A stretch of DNA of 64,000 nt, taken from NCBI GenBank assembly GCA_963702475.1, contig CAVPCT010000003.1, positions 320,001-384,000 on the forward strand, written 5' to 3'. A program made the translations under genes and the position numbers. Shown here one piece after another: positions 20,185-29,711 of the stretch; position 1 is the stretch's first letter; each line of letters starts with the position of its first letter. Below the pieces are notes generated by a model, which saw only the letters and a program-made list of their open reading frames with translations, did no database searches and was not told the DNA's origin. The DNA is from an uncultured Thermoleophilia bacterium (GTDB lineage Bacteria > Actinomycetota > Thermoleophilia > UBA2241).

Positions 20185-21864
20185 ATGAGCAAGGAATCGA
20201 CGGCCGCGACGGCCGGCGCCGGTACGGCCGCCACGGCGGCCAAGGCGGGCGCCGGCCTCATCCTGTTCACGCTGGCCACCGGCCAGTTCCTCATGACCCT
20301 GGACACGTCGGTCATGAACGTGTCCATCGCCACGGTCGCCAGCGATCTCGGCACGACCGTGACGGGCGTGCAGACCGCCATCACCCTGTACACGCTGGTG
20401 ATGGCCAGCCTCATGGTGCTCGGCGGCAAGATCGGCACGATGATCGGCCGCAAGCGGGCCTTCGCCATCGGCTGCGTCATCTACGGCTGCGGCTCGATGA
20501 CCACCGCCCTCTCGCCCAACCTCACGATCCTCATCATCGGCTGGTCGTTCCTGGAGGGCATCGGCGCCATCCTCATCATGCCGGCCATCGTCGGGCTGGT
20601 GGCCGGCAACTTCCCGCCCGCGGGCAGGCCCAAGGCGTACGGCCTCATCGCCGCCGCCGGCGCCATCGCCGTCGCCGTCGGCCCCGTCATCGGCGGCTTC
20701 ATGACCACGTACTTCTCGTGGCGTTACGTGTTCGCCGGCGAGGTCATCATCGTCATCGCCATCCTCTTCCTGGCGCGACGCGCCGCGGACGAGCCGGCGG
20801 CCGCACGTCCGCACCTCGACCTCATCGGGGTCGTGGTGTCGTCGGCGGGCCTCGCCCTCCTCGTCCTCGGCGTGCTCAAGTCGTCCACGTGGGGCTGGAT
20901 CCTGCCCAACGAGGGCGCGTCCTCGCTCTTCGGCCTCTCGCTGACCCTGTGGTTCATCACCGCCGGGCTCTTCCTGCTGTGGCTGTTCCTGCGCTGGCAA
21001 CGCCGTCTGGAGAACGCCGGCAAGGAGCCGCTCATCGCGCCGGCGCTCTTCAAGCACAAGCAGCTCACCGGCGGCCTCGTCACCTTCCTCTTCCAGTTCC
21101 TCATCCAGGCCGGGGTGTTCTTCATCGTGCCGCTGTTCCTCTCGGTGGTGCTGGGCATGTCGCCGATGGCCACCGGCGTGCGCCTGCTGCCGCTGTCGCT
21201 GTCACTGCTCGTGGCTGCGGTGGGCATCCCGCGCCTGCTGCCGCACGCCAACCCGCGACGCGTCGTGCGCGTCGGCATGCTCGCCCTCGTCGCCGGCATC
21301 GTGGTGCTGATCGCCAGCCTCGAGGTGGGCGTCGACTCCTCCATCGTGTTCGCGCCGATGCTCATCATCGGCTTCGGCATCGGCGCTCTGGCCTCGCAGC
21401 TCGGCAACGTCACCGTGTCCTCCGTGCCGACCGAGAAGAGCGGCGAGGTGGGCGGCCTGCAGAACACCGCCAGCCAGCTGGGCGCGTCGTTCGGCACGGC
21501 GCTGGCGGGCTCGATCCTGATCGCCGCGCTCACGGCGTCGTTCCTCACCGGGATCGAGCAGAATCCCAGCATCCCGCAGAGCGTCAAGGACCAGGCCAAC
21601 GTCAACCTTGCCGCCGGCGCCCCGTTCATGTCGGAGGCAGACCTGGAGAAGCAGATGAAGGAGGCCGGCTACACGCAGGAGCAGATCGACGTCGCTGTGG
21701 AGCAGAACGAGGTCTCGCAGATCGACGGCCTGCGTGCGGCGCTCTCGATCCTCGGCATCATCGGCGTGATCGCGCTGTTCTTCACCGGCAGCATCCCGAA
21801 GCGGCAGCCGGGGTCCGGCCCGGAGCCGCCGCCGGGGGCTGAGGCGGCGCCCGCGGCGGGCTGA
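20185..21864 (+). CDS. MFS transporter, DHA2 (14-TM) type
   Basis: QFLMTLDTSVMNV, GGKIGTMIGRKR, GPVIGGFMTTYFSWR. Confidence 0.9.
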   Translation: MSKESTAATAGAGTAATAAKAGAGLILFTLATGQFLMTLDTSVMNVSIATVASDLGTTVTGVQTAITLYTLVMASLMVLGGKIGTMIGRKRAFAIGCVIYGCGSMTTALSPNLTILIIGWSFLEGIGAILIMPAIVGLVAGNFPPAGRPKAYGLIAAAGAIAVAVGPVIGGFMTTYFSWRYVFAGEVIIVIAILFLARRAADEPAAARPHLDLIGVVVSSAGLALLVLGVLKSSTWGWILPNEGASSLFGLSLTLWFITAGLFLLWLFLRWQRRLENAGKEPLIAPALFKHKQLTGGLVTFLFQFLIQAGVFFIVPLFLSVVLGMSPMATGVRLLPLSLSLLVAAVGIPRLLPHANPRRVVRVGMLALVAGIVVLIASLEVGVDSSIVFAPMLIIGFGIGALASQLGNVTVSSVPTEKSGEVGGLQNTASQLGASFGTALAGSILIAALTASFLTGIEQNPSIPQSVKDQANVNLAAGAPFMSEADLEKQMKEAGYTQEQIDVAVEQNEVSQIDGLRAALSILGIIGVIALFFTGSIPKRQPGSGPEPPPGAEAAPAAG

Positions 21865-21873
21865 CCGGGCGCC

Positions 21874-21922
21874 GACGCGAAAGGGGGCGGAGGCGCCTTC
21901 GGCCTCCGCCCCCTTTCGCGTC
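21874..21922. terminator. Bidirectional terminator between convergent MFS and SulP genes
   Basis: 21-bp perfect stem GACGCGAAAGGGGGCGGAGGC / GCCTCCGCCCCCTTTCGCGTC. Confidence 0.85.
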
Positions 21923-23740
21923 TCAGGCGCCGGCCGCCACCCGAGCGGGCCGGCTCGGGCGACTCAGGTCTTCTGCTCCGTCGTCGGGGCGTCGTCGCCG
22001 CCGTGGGTCTGTCTGCTCGCGCCCGTGCCGGCCGCCGGCTTCAGGCGCCGGCGGCAGAGGTCCGAGGGCCTCGACCGCTCGCACCGCCGCCTTCAGCGTC
22101 GGGTAGAAGTGGTCCCGGTCGAGTGTGTCGAAGAGGCCGTAGCTCAGCACGCGGTCCTGGAGCCGGTCGCGGAGCTCGGCGAACGCCAGGTGGACCCCCC
22201 GCGCGTTGAGCTCGTTGTCCAGCTGCTCGAGCATCCCGGCCGCGGTGACGTCGATGTCGGTGACCGCCTCGCACTGCAGGACGATCCAGGCGGGCGACTG
22301 CTCGCGGGCGAGGCGCCGGACCTGCTCACGGAAGATCCCGGAGTTGGCGAAGAAGAGCGGCGCCTCCCAGCGGTACACCACGATCCCCGGACGCTGGCGC
22401 GCGTCCGGATACTTGTCCACGCCGTGCCATCCGGGCAGCCCGTCGACCTGCCCGAGCACGGCCCCATGGGGCCACCAGTTGCGGCGGAAGAACATCAGGA
22501 CCGCGAGGATGACGGCGATGGCGATGCCCCACAGCACGCCGAAGAGGATGACGCCGACGGTGGCGACGAGAGAGAGCGCGAGGGCGCTCTTGCGGACGCG
22601 GAAGTAGCGGCCGAGGATGGCGAGGTCCATCAGCGAGACGGCGGCGAAGATCACGACCGCGGCGAGCGTGGTCTGCGGGAGGTCGGCCAGCAGCGAGGGG
22701 AAGAACAGCAGCATCAGGGCGACGAGGCCGGCGCCCACCAGGCCCGTGACCTGGCTCTTGGCGCCGGATTGTTCGGCCACCGCCGTGCGCGACCCGCTCG
22801 TCGACACCGCGAAGCCCTGGAAGAAGCCCGCGGCGATGTTGGCGGCGCCCATGCCGATCATCTCCTGGTCGGGGTCGACCTCGTCGCCGCGCCTGGCGGC
22901 GAAGCTCGTCGAGGTGGCGATGGTGTCGGTGAGAGAGACCAGGGTGATGCCGACGGCGGCGATGAGCAGAGGCCCCACGTCACTCCAGGTCGTGAAGGGG
23001 AAGGACGGCGTGGGGACGCCCTGCGGCAGGGAACCCACCGTCTTCACGCTCTGCTCGGCGAGCCCGAACACCGCCGACGCGACGGTGGCCCCGACGACCG
23101 CCACCAGCACGGACGGCACGCGGCGCGTGAGCAGCGGGAGCAGGAACAGGACCGCCAGGCACGCCAGCCCGACGGCGAGCGTGGTGGCGTCGGTCTGGTC
23201 GAGGCCGGCGAAGAAGGCCTGCACGTCGTCGATGAACGTGTCCGCGTCGGTCGAGAACCCGAACAGCTTGGGCAGCTGGCCGACGATGATGGTGACGGCC
23301 AGGCCGTTCATGTAGCCGACCTGTACCTCCTTGGAGAGCAGGTCGGCCACGAAGCCGAGCTTGCCGAGGCCCATACCGATCTCGATGAGGCCCACGAACA
23401 CGGCCATCATGCCGGCCAGGGCGATGGCGGTGGCCGGGTCGTCCGTCACCAGCAGCGGCACGATGGCGGCGAAGATCAGGGGCGAGACGGACGAGTCCGG
23501 CCCGAGCACCAGGATCCGCGACGGGCCGAAGATGGCGTACCCGATCAGGCAGGCGATGGTCGTGTAGAGGCCGGTGACGGGAGGCAGCCCGGCCAGCTCC
23601 GCGTAGGCCATCCCCTGCGGGACCAGGATGGCGGCCAGCACGATGCCGGCCACCAGGTCCTTGCGCAGCCAGCGCCGCTCGTAGGAGCGGACCGCTGCCA
23701 CGCCCGGCATCCACCGTGCGATCCCCTCGTGACGCGCCAT
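21923..23740 (-). CDS. SulP/SLC26 anion transporter with STAS domain
   Basis: DLVAGIVLAAILVPQGMAYAELAGLPPVTGLY, STSGSRTA, PLFFANS and VTDIDVTA. Confidence 0.92.
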   Translation of the reverse strand: MARHEGIARWMPGVAAVRSYERRWLRKDLVAGIVLAAILVPQGMAYAELAGLPPVTGLYTTIACLIGYAIFGPSRILVLGPDSSVSPLIFAAIVPLLVTDDPATAIALAGMMAVFVGLIEIGMGLGKLGFVADLLSKEVQVGYMNGLAVTIIVGQLPKLFGFSTDADTFIDDVQAFFAGLDQTDATTLAVGLACLAVLFLLPLLTRRVPSVLVAVVGATVASAVFGLAEQSVKTVGSLPQGVPTPSFPFTTWSDVGPLLIAAVGITLVSLTDTIATSTSFAARRGDEVDPDQEMIGMGAANIAAGFFQGFAVSTSGSRTAVAEQSGAKSQVTGLVGAGLVALMLLFFPSLLADLPQTTLAAVVIFAAVSLMDLAILGRYFRVRKSALALSLVATVGVILFGVLWGIAIAVILAVLMFFRRNWWPHGAVLGQVDGLPGWHGVDKYPDARQRPGIVVYRWEAPLFFANSGIFREQVRRLAREQSPAWIVLQCEAVTDIDVTAAGMLEQLDNELNARGVHLAFAELRDRLQDRVLSYGLFDTLDRDHFYPTLKAAVRAVEALGPLPPAPEAGGRHGREQTDPRRRRRPDDGAEDLSRPSRPARVAAGA

Positions 23741-23769
23741 CGCTACCTGCCCTCCCGTCGGCGCGACGG

Positions 23770-24690
23770 TCAGGCGGGTCCGCCGAAGCGCTCGAGCAGC
23801 ACGCCGTGCCGAAGGCCGCGGTCGCTGACCGTCAGGTCGCTCTTCCTGAGTTTGTCCATCACCGTGCGCACGACGCAAGCGCCGGCGAGGATCACGTCGG
23901 CGCGCTTGGGCTGAAGACCGACGATCTGCCGGCGGGCTGCGACGTCGCGCGTCCGGAACAGGTCCAGCTGCCGGTCGACCTCGGCGCGGTCGAGCACTGC
24001 GCCCTGCACCGCATCGGGCTCGTAGTGCTCGAGGCCCAGCATGACCGCCGTCATGTTGGTGATCGCGCCGCCCATGCCGATGAGATGGCCGGGCGGCGGC
24101 TCGCCGTCGAGACGGGAGAACTCGCCGGCGATCGCGGCGAGCGCGTCGTCGAGCTGCTCCCGCGCGATGGTCCCGTCGAGCCCATGCTCGGCCGTGAGCC
24201 GCACAGCGCCGACGTTCAGGCTGTACTGCTCCTCGACGGCGCCGTCACGGCCGTACGTGAACTGGGTGCTGCCGCCGCCGGTGTCGAACACGACCACCCG
24301 GCCCTGGCCCAGGCTCAGGCCGGCTTGGGTCGCCAGGTAGGCGAGCCGGCCTTCCTCCGTGCCGGGGAGCACCTCGATGGAGATCCCACACCGTTCGCGC
24401 ACGTTCGCCATGAACGAGTCGCTGTTCCTCGCTGTGCGCATGCCCATGGTGCCGACCGCGACGAGCCCGGCGACGTCGTGCTGTCGGGCCTCCTCGACCA
24501 TGCCGCAGATAGCGTCTGCGGTGCGCGCGATGGCCTCAGGGGCGATCTCACCCGTCTCGGCGATGCCCTCGCCGAGACGGCTCACCTTCGCCCGGTCGAC
24601 GAGCGTGCTCCACGTGCCGTCGTCGTGCCGCTCGCCGACGTGGAACTTGACCGAGTTGGTGCCGACGTCGATGACCGCAAATGCCGTCAC
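23770..24690 (-). CDS. Ppx/GppA family phosphatase
   Basis: IDVGTNSVK, EEGRLAY, DTGGGSTQ, RADVILAG and GLRHGVL. Confidence 0.9.
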   Translation of the reverse strand: MTAFAVIDVGTNSVKFHVGERHDDGTWSTLVDRAKVSRLGEGIAETGEIAPEAIARTADAICGMVEEARQHDVAGLVAVGTMGMRTARNSDSFMANVRERCGISIEVLPGTEEGRLAYLATQAGLSLGQGRVVVFDTGGGSTQFTYGRDGAVEEQYSLNVGAVRLTAEHGLDGTIAREQLDDALAAIAGEFSRLDGEPPPGHLIGMGGAITNMTAVMLGLEHYEPDAVQGAVLDRAEVDRQLDLFRTRDVAARRQIVGLQPKRADVILAGACVVRTVMDKLRKSDLTVSDRGLRHGVLLERFGGPA

Positions 24691-24699
24691 GTGACCACC

Positions 24700-25295
24700 T
24701 CAGTCCTGCATGCCGATGGCGGCCTTGAGCCACCTCGGGTAGCTGGTGTTGGGCCGGTCCAGGAGGCCGAGACCTCGCACCGTCGCGACCACCTGCGCGG
24801 CGTCGGTCGATTCGACGGCCAGCGTGCGCACCTGCCGTCCCTCCGCGGTGACGTCGGTGACCTCGACCATGCACCCGCCGATCGTGTAGTGACGGCGGTG
24901 CTTCCGGACGCGGAACCGCGCGCACGCCCCGGTCCGGTGCGGCGAGCAGCGCAAGGAGATCGTCGCGACGAGAGAGCGTCTGACTTGCGAGGCGGAGCGC
25001 TCACACCGAGGGCGGCGCAGACCTTGAGCGCTTCGCCGTGCGGCAGCGGGAACGACTCCTTGAGGGCCGGCCGCCACTGCTGGAGGCCGGCCTCGTCGAC
25101 GTGCTCGAGGACCTTGACGTCCATGAGGCCGGCGCGGATCTTGACGGCGGCTTCCGCCTCCGGCGATACCAGGTAGACCTCGTCGCTGTCGGCGACGAGG
25201 TCGGGCTCAGCGTCCGGGACAGACAACACCGCGTCCGCCGCCCCCGATGCCGAGCCGAACGTGCGCCACTCCCAGCGCGGGACGATCGTGCTCAT
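24700..25295 (-). CDS. Hypothetical CYTH-like protein upstream of Ppx, one frameshift
   Basis: PRWEWRTFG, DEVYL, VKIRAGLMDVK, then VRKHRRHYTIGGCMVEVTDV...TLAVES in a second frame. Confidence 0.65.
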
Positions 25296-25346
25296 GCCGT
25301 TCTCCTGCTCAGAGGGATCGTGCGTGCGTGAGTCCTTCGAACATGA

Positions 25347-25412
25347 ACGCTATCGGGAGGGCGGAGACCTGTGACCTCGGAAATCTACGGGGCGCGCGCC
25401 CGCATGACTACG
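25347..25412 (-). promoter_or_regulatory. Conserved promoter element driving the CYTH-Ppx-SulP operon
   Basis: Minus strand: CGTAG at 25412, CGTAGATTTCCGAGGTCACAG at 25389-25369, N16, TAGCGT. Confidence 0.75.
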
Positions 25413-25457
25413 AGGTCGCCGAGGCGTCGCGCGTGAAGGGCTGACGGGCGTGGCCGA

Positions 25458-25493
25458 GAAGGGGGCGGGGGCCGCATGGCCCCCGCCCCCTTC
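25458..25493 (-). terminator. Hairpin terminator after the glycogen debranching-like gene
   Basis: GAAGGGGGCGGGGGCC-GCAT-GGCCCCCGCCCCCTTC. Confidence 0.75.
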
Positions 25494-25532
25494 GTTGTCT
25501 CTCAGTCGCGGTGCAGGTCTGTGACCGCGGTC

Positions 25533-27647
25533 TCACTTGCCGCGCTTCCTTGCCGTCTTCTTCGGCTGCGCGAGCACGCCGAGGTGCTGTGGCGGACGCG
25601 GTCGGCTGCCGACGTCCACGCGGCCGCGGCCGAAAGCGTCCAGCTTGCCCCAGCGACCGGGGATGTCGAGTAGCTCCAGCCGGCCGATCCCCTGCGGCAG
25701 GGCCGGGTCCACGATGAGGTGATCACCGGTCGGTTCGAGCCCGAGCATCGTGCGGAGCAGGAGCAAGGGAGTGCCCGTGGACCACGCCTGCGGGCTGCAC
25801 GACGTGGGGTACTGCACCGGGTACTTGGTCAGTTCGCGCGGGTAACCGCCGAACGCCTCGGGCAGCCGCCCGTCGAAGAACTCGGCGGCGTCGAGAATAC
25901 CGGCGGCGATGCGCGCCGCCTCCTCGGCGAAGCCGTAGCGGCGCAGGCCCCAGGCGATGAACGAGTTGTCGAACGGCCAGATGGTGCCCACGTGGTAGCC
26001 GATCGGGTTGTAGCGACCCTGGCCCTCGGCGAACGTGCGCACCCCCCAGCCCGAGTACATCGCCGGCGACATGAGGTGTCTGACGATGGCCCTGGCCTTG
26101 GAGGCGTCGACGATGCCGCTCCACAGCAGGTGGCCGTTGTTGGAGGCCAGGCCGTCGACCTTGCTGCCGTCCGGCTCGAGGGCGATGGCGAAGTACTGGC
26201 CGTCCTCCACCCAGAAGTCACGGTTGAAGCGGCGCTTGAGTTCGGCGGCCTCCTTCTCGAGCCGGTCGCCGAAGCCGGGGTCCTTCCACACCAGGCGCGC
26301 GAGCCTGGCGGCGCGCATCTTGGCATCGTAGGCGTACCCCTGCAGCTCGCAGGTGGCGCGCGGAAAGCCCGGCAGCCGCCCGTCGCGGTACGAGATGGAG
26401 TCCCAGGAGTCCTTCCAGCACTGGTTCTCGAGCCCGGTCTTCTCGTTGCGCCGCTGGTAGGCGATGTAGCCGTTGCCCTGCAGGTCGGCATAGTCGTCGA
26501 TCCAGGCGAGCGCGGCCCGCGCCTCGCGCTCGAGGGCACGCACGAGCTTCGTGTCGCCGGTCCAGCGTTCGTACTCGTCGAGCAACACCAGGTACAGCGG
26601 TGTCGCGTCCACCGACCCGTAGTAGGGGGAGTGCGGCCGCTCCTCGAAGGCCGTCATCTCGCCGAAGCGCAGCTCGTGCAGGATGCGACCCGGGTCTTCG
26701 TCGCGGAAGTCGTCGCGGCGTGACCCCTGCCACAGGCCGAGAGCCGTCAGCGTGGTGCGCGCCAGGTCGGCGTTGAACGGCAGCGCCTGCAGGCTGGTGA
26801 AGATGCTGTCGCGCCCGAACATGGTCATGAACCAGGGGAGCCCGGCGGCCGGCAGGTAGTGGCCGGGCAGCATGACCGGCGAGAACCTGAGCGCCGCCAG
26901 GTCCACGAGCGAACGGTGATACGTACGCTTGAGCGGGTCCCAGTCGCAGTTCAGGGTGGGGGCGTCGTCGAGCCACTTCTTGAGGCCGGCCTCCATGACG
27001 GATTCGGCCTTGCGTCCAGGGGTCCCGCCGACCGCGGCACCGGCCGCCACGCCGCGGGGATCACGACCGAGCACGACGTTGAGCTCGGTCGTCCAGCGCC
27101 CGTGCGGCTCCACGCGGACGGCGAAGCTGAGGCCGTGTTCGTCCACCGAGCACGGCTCCGTGGCCGATACCCACGTCTCGCGCTGGTAGGTCTCGCGGCG
27201 GTAGCCGAGCACCAGGCTCTCGCCGTCGACGCTCGTGCAGTACTCGCCCTTCTTGGCGATGTCGTCCTTGACTTCGAACAAGTCGGCGAAGTCCGAGGCG
27301 GCCTCGATGCGCACCTCCAGGTCGACCGGCTTCTCGTCGTGATTGAGGATGGTGAGCTCCTCGCGGAAGCCGTTGCTGATGGCGCGCTGCCTGATGACGG
27401 ACAGCTTGGCGTCGATGTACACGGTCCCCGTTCCCGGGACGAGGAAGAAGCGCGTCTCGAAGTACTGCAGGTCGTCCACCGACAGCGGGTTCAGACGCTG
27501 GCCGTCGACCGTGAGGATCCAGCGTGAGAGGAACCTCGTGTCGAAGGAGAACAGGCCCGTCGGGTCGGTCAGCGACGCCTCGATGTCGCCGCGCTCGTCG
27601 CTGACCACGAAGGTGTTGCCGTTGAGGATCTTGACCGCGGGGCTCAT
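25533..27647 (-). CDS. Amylo-alpha-1,6-glucosidase / glycogen debranching family protein
   Basis: DTRFLS N-domain, AAGLPWFMTMFGRDS, YYGSVDATPL, NQCWKDS and PQAWS. Confidence 0.9.
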   Translation of the reverse strand: MSPAVKILNGNTFVVSDERGDIEASLTDPTGLFSFDTRFLSRWILTVDGQRLNPLSVDDLQYFETRFFLVPGTGTVYIDAKLSVIRQRAISNGFREELTILNHDEKPVDLEVRIEAASDFADLFEVKDDIAKKGEYCTSVDGESLVLGYRRETYQRETWVSATEPCSVDEHGLSFAVRVEPHGRWTTELNVVLGRDPRGVAAGAAVGGTPGRKAESVMEAGLKKWLDDAPTLNCDWDPLKRTYHRSLVDLAALRFSPVMLPGHYLPAAGLPWFMTMFGRDSIFTSLQALPFNADLARTTLTALGLWQGSRRDDFRDEDPGRILHELRFGEMTAFEERPHSPYYGSVDATPLYLVLLDEYERWTGDTKLVRALEREARAALAWIDDYADLQGNGYIAYQRRNEKTGLENQCWKDSWDSISYRDGRLPGFPRATCELQGYAYDAKMRAARLARLVWKDPGFGDRLEKEAAELKRRFNRDFWVEDGQYFAIALEPDGSKVDGLASNNGHLLWSGIVDASKARAIVRHLMSPAMYSGWGVRTFAEGQGRYNPIGYHVGTIWPFDNSFIAWGLRRYGFAEEAARIAAGILDAAEFFDGRLPEAFGGYPRELTKYPVQYPTSCSPQAWSTGTPLLLLRTMLGLEPTGDHLIVDPALPQGIGRLELLDIPGRWGKLDAFGRGRVDVGSRPRPPQHLGVLAQPKKTARKRGK

Positions 27648-28018
27648 GACTGCCGCTCCGCGTAGCCGGCGGCCGGCAGACCTTCGGCGCCGGGCGAGCC
27701 CGGGAACAGGCGCTGCAGTGCCGTCAGCAGGACGATCTTGCCCTGCACATGGAGCGCGTCGCGCAGCAGGGCCGCCATGGCGTTGGCCCTGCCGCTCAGG
27801 ACGGCCTCGATCGTGGCCCGGTCGCCCGAGACCACGCAGTCAGGCTCGGCTCCCTCGCGATCCACGGCCACCATCCCCTTCTTCATGGTCACGTACCAGC
27901 GTTCGACTTCGTCGCCCTCACGCACGTCGAAGCGCACGACGCCGTCGAAGAGGGCCACGGGTCGCTCGTAGCAGCGTTCTGTGAGCGCCTCGAGAAGATT
28001 CGGGTCCAGGAGTGTCAT
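27644..28018 (-). CDS. SCP2 sterol-binding domain protein
   Basis: VRFDV...W.V...PDCVV...GRANAMAALLR...VQG; overlaps the start of the downstream gene. Confidence 0.75.
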   Translation of the reverse strand: MTLLDPNLLEALTERCYERPVALFDGVVRFDVREGDEVERWYVTMKKGMVAVDREGAEPDCVVSGDRATIEAVLSGRANAMAALLRDALHVQGKIVLLTALQRLFPGSPGAEGLPAAGYAERQS

Positions 28019-28032
28019 GGTCATCGCCTCCC

Positions 28033-28800
28033 TCACAGACCTTGATTCCAGTGAGACATGCCGCCGTCCACGTAGTAGGTGCTGCCGGTGACGTAGGCGG
28101 CGTCGTCCGAGGCGAGAAAGGCGGCCACGGACGCGACCTCGTCGGGCTCGCCGAGTCGGCCGCTCGGGATGACCGCCTGCAGCTCGTGCAGCAGCTCTCC
28201 GTCCCCGAGCGTGCGCTTGTTGATGGGCGTGGCTATGGCGCCCGGGGCAATGTTGTTGACCGTGATGCCGTGGGGCGCCAGCTCCTGGCAGATGGTGCGG
28301 CTGAGCATGCGCATGCCGCCCTTCGACGCCGTGTACGTCGCGTAGTTCAAGAATGCCACGTCCTCGTGGATCGACGAAACGTTGACGATGCGCCCGCCGT
28401 GGCCGGCCTCGATCATGAGGCGGGCGGCGGCCTGCGCCGCGAAGAACGCGCCCTTGAGGTTCACGCCGAGCACCAGGTCGTAGTGCTGCTCGCTCACGTC
28501 CACGAACGGCTCGCGGACCTCCACCCCGGCGTTGTTGACGAGGATGTCGAGGCGGCCGAGGGCGGCGTGCGCATCGTGCACCAGGCCCGAGGCTTCCGCG
28601 ACCACGCCGACGTTGGCGCCGAGCACCACGGCCTTCCTGCCCAGCTGCTCGATCTGCGCCGCTACCGCCCGTGCTTCGTCCTCCTCCCTGTGGTAGTGGA
28701 CTGCCACATCGGCGCCTTCGCGCGCGAAGCGCAGGGCGATGGCCTCGCCGATGCCGCTCGAGCTGCCCGTCACGAGCGCTGCTTTGCCTCTGAGTCTCAT
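28033..28800 (-). CDS. SDR oxidoreductase (glucose 1-dehydrogenase-like)
   Basis: TGSSSGIG, NNAG, SSIHE, YTASKGG and PGAIATPIN. Confidence 0.9.
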   Translation of the reverse strand: MRLRGKAALVTGSSSGIGEAIALRFAREGADVAVHYHREEDEARAVAAQIEQLGRKAVVLGANVGVVAEASGLVHDAHAALGRLDILVNNAGVEVREPFVDVSEQHYDLVLGVNLKGAFFAAQAAARLMIEAGHGGRIVNVSSIHEDVAFLNYATYTASKGGMRMLSRTICQELAPHGITVNNIAPGAIATPINKRTLGDGELLHELQAVIPSGRLGEPDEVASVAAFLASDDAAYVTGSTYYVDGGMSHWNQGL

Positions 28801-28819
28801 GGAGTCTGCCTTTCTGTGG

Positions 28820-29704
28820 TCAACCAGCGAACGCGTCGGTGCGCAGGCCGGCGACGCCGACGTCCAGGCGCAGCAACGCGCCGGCCAGCGGCTGGCCGGC
28901 GCGTTCGGCGTCGCTGAGCCCCTCTCGGCGCGTGGTCACGTACAGGTCGCGCAGGGCATCGCCGCCGAAGCAGCAGCTCGTGACGCGCGACACCGGCAGG
29001 TCGACGACGCCGATGAGCTCGCCGTCGGGCGAGTACCGGTGGAGGCCCCAGCCCCCGTGGAGCGCGACCCACACGCAGCCCTCGGCGTCAACGGCGAGGC
29101 CGTCGGGGACGGCGCCCTCGACTTCGACGCGCGCGAAAGCCCGCCGGTTCTCGACGGTCCCCTCGGTGAGGTCGCAGTCGAACACGTCGACCTGCCGGGT
29201 CGGGCTGTCGATGAAGTAGAAGAGCCGGCCGGATGGACTCCAGCCGAGGCCGTTGGAGATGGTCGTGCCCGTGAGCACCTTGGTCACACTCAGGTCCGGG
29301 TCGACGCGGTAGAGGCCGGCCACGGGCGAGCACTCGTCGAGCGCCATCGTGCCCACCCAGAGGCGCCCGGCCGCGTCGCAGGCGCCGTCGTTGGTGCGCG
29401 TGTCGGTGCGGCCAGGCTCAAGGTGCGCGATCAGCGTGGACGGCCTGCCGTCGAGCAGGTGCAGGCCGTCCGGCAGGCCGATCACCACGCCGCCGCGCCG
29501 GCGGGGCAGCGCCAGGCTCACGAGCCCGTCGGCCTCCGTCTCGGTGTCGGTCCCGGTGGCGGGGTCGTAGCGGTGCACCCGCCGCCCCACGATGTCCACC
29601 CAGAGCAGGGTGCCGGTGGACTCGTCCCAGCGCGGCCCTTCTCCCAGCTGGGCGGCCGGCGGGACGGCGATGTCGAGCTCGCAGGCGATGCGACCCTCCG
29701 TCAT
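28820..29704 (-). CDS. SMP-30/gluconolactonase/LRE family protein
   Basis: LGEGPRW, RTNDG, ISNGLGWS, PDGLAVD and CFGG..LRDLYVT. Confidence 0.9.
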   Translation of the reverse strand: MTEGRIACELDIAVPPAAQLGEGPRWDESTGTLLWVDIVGRRVHRYDPATGTDTETEADGLVSLALPRRRGGVVIGLPDGLHLLDGRPSTLIAHLEPGRTDTRTNDGACDAAGRLWVGTMALDECSPVAGLYRVDPDLSVTKVLTGTTISNGLGWSPSGRLFYFIDSPTRQVDVFDCDLTEGTVENRRAFARVEVEGAVPDGLAVDAEGCVWVALHGGWGLHRYSPDGELIGVVDLPVSRVTSCCFGGDALRDLYVTTRREGLSDAERAGQPLAGALLRLDVGVAGLRTDAFAG

Positions 29705-29711
29705 CCCCGCC

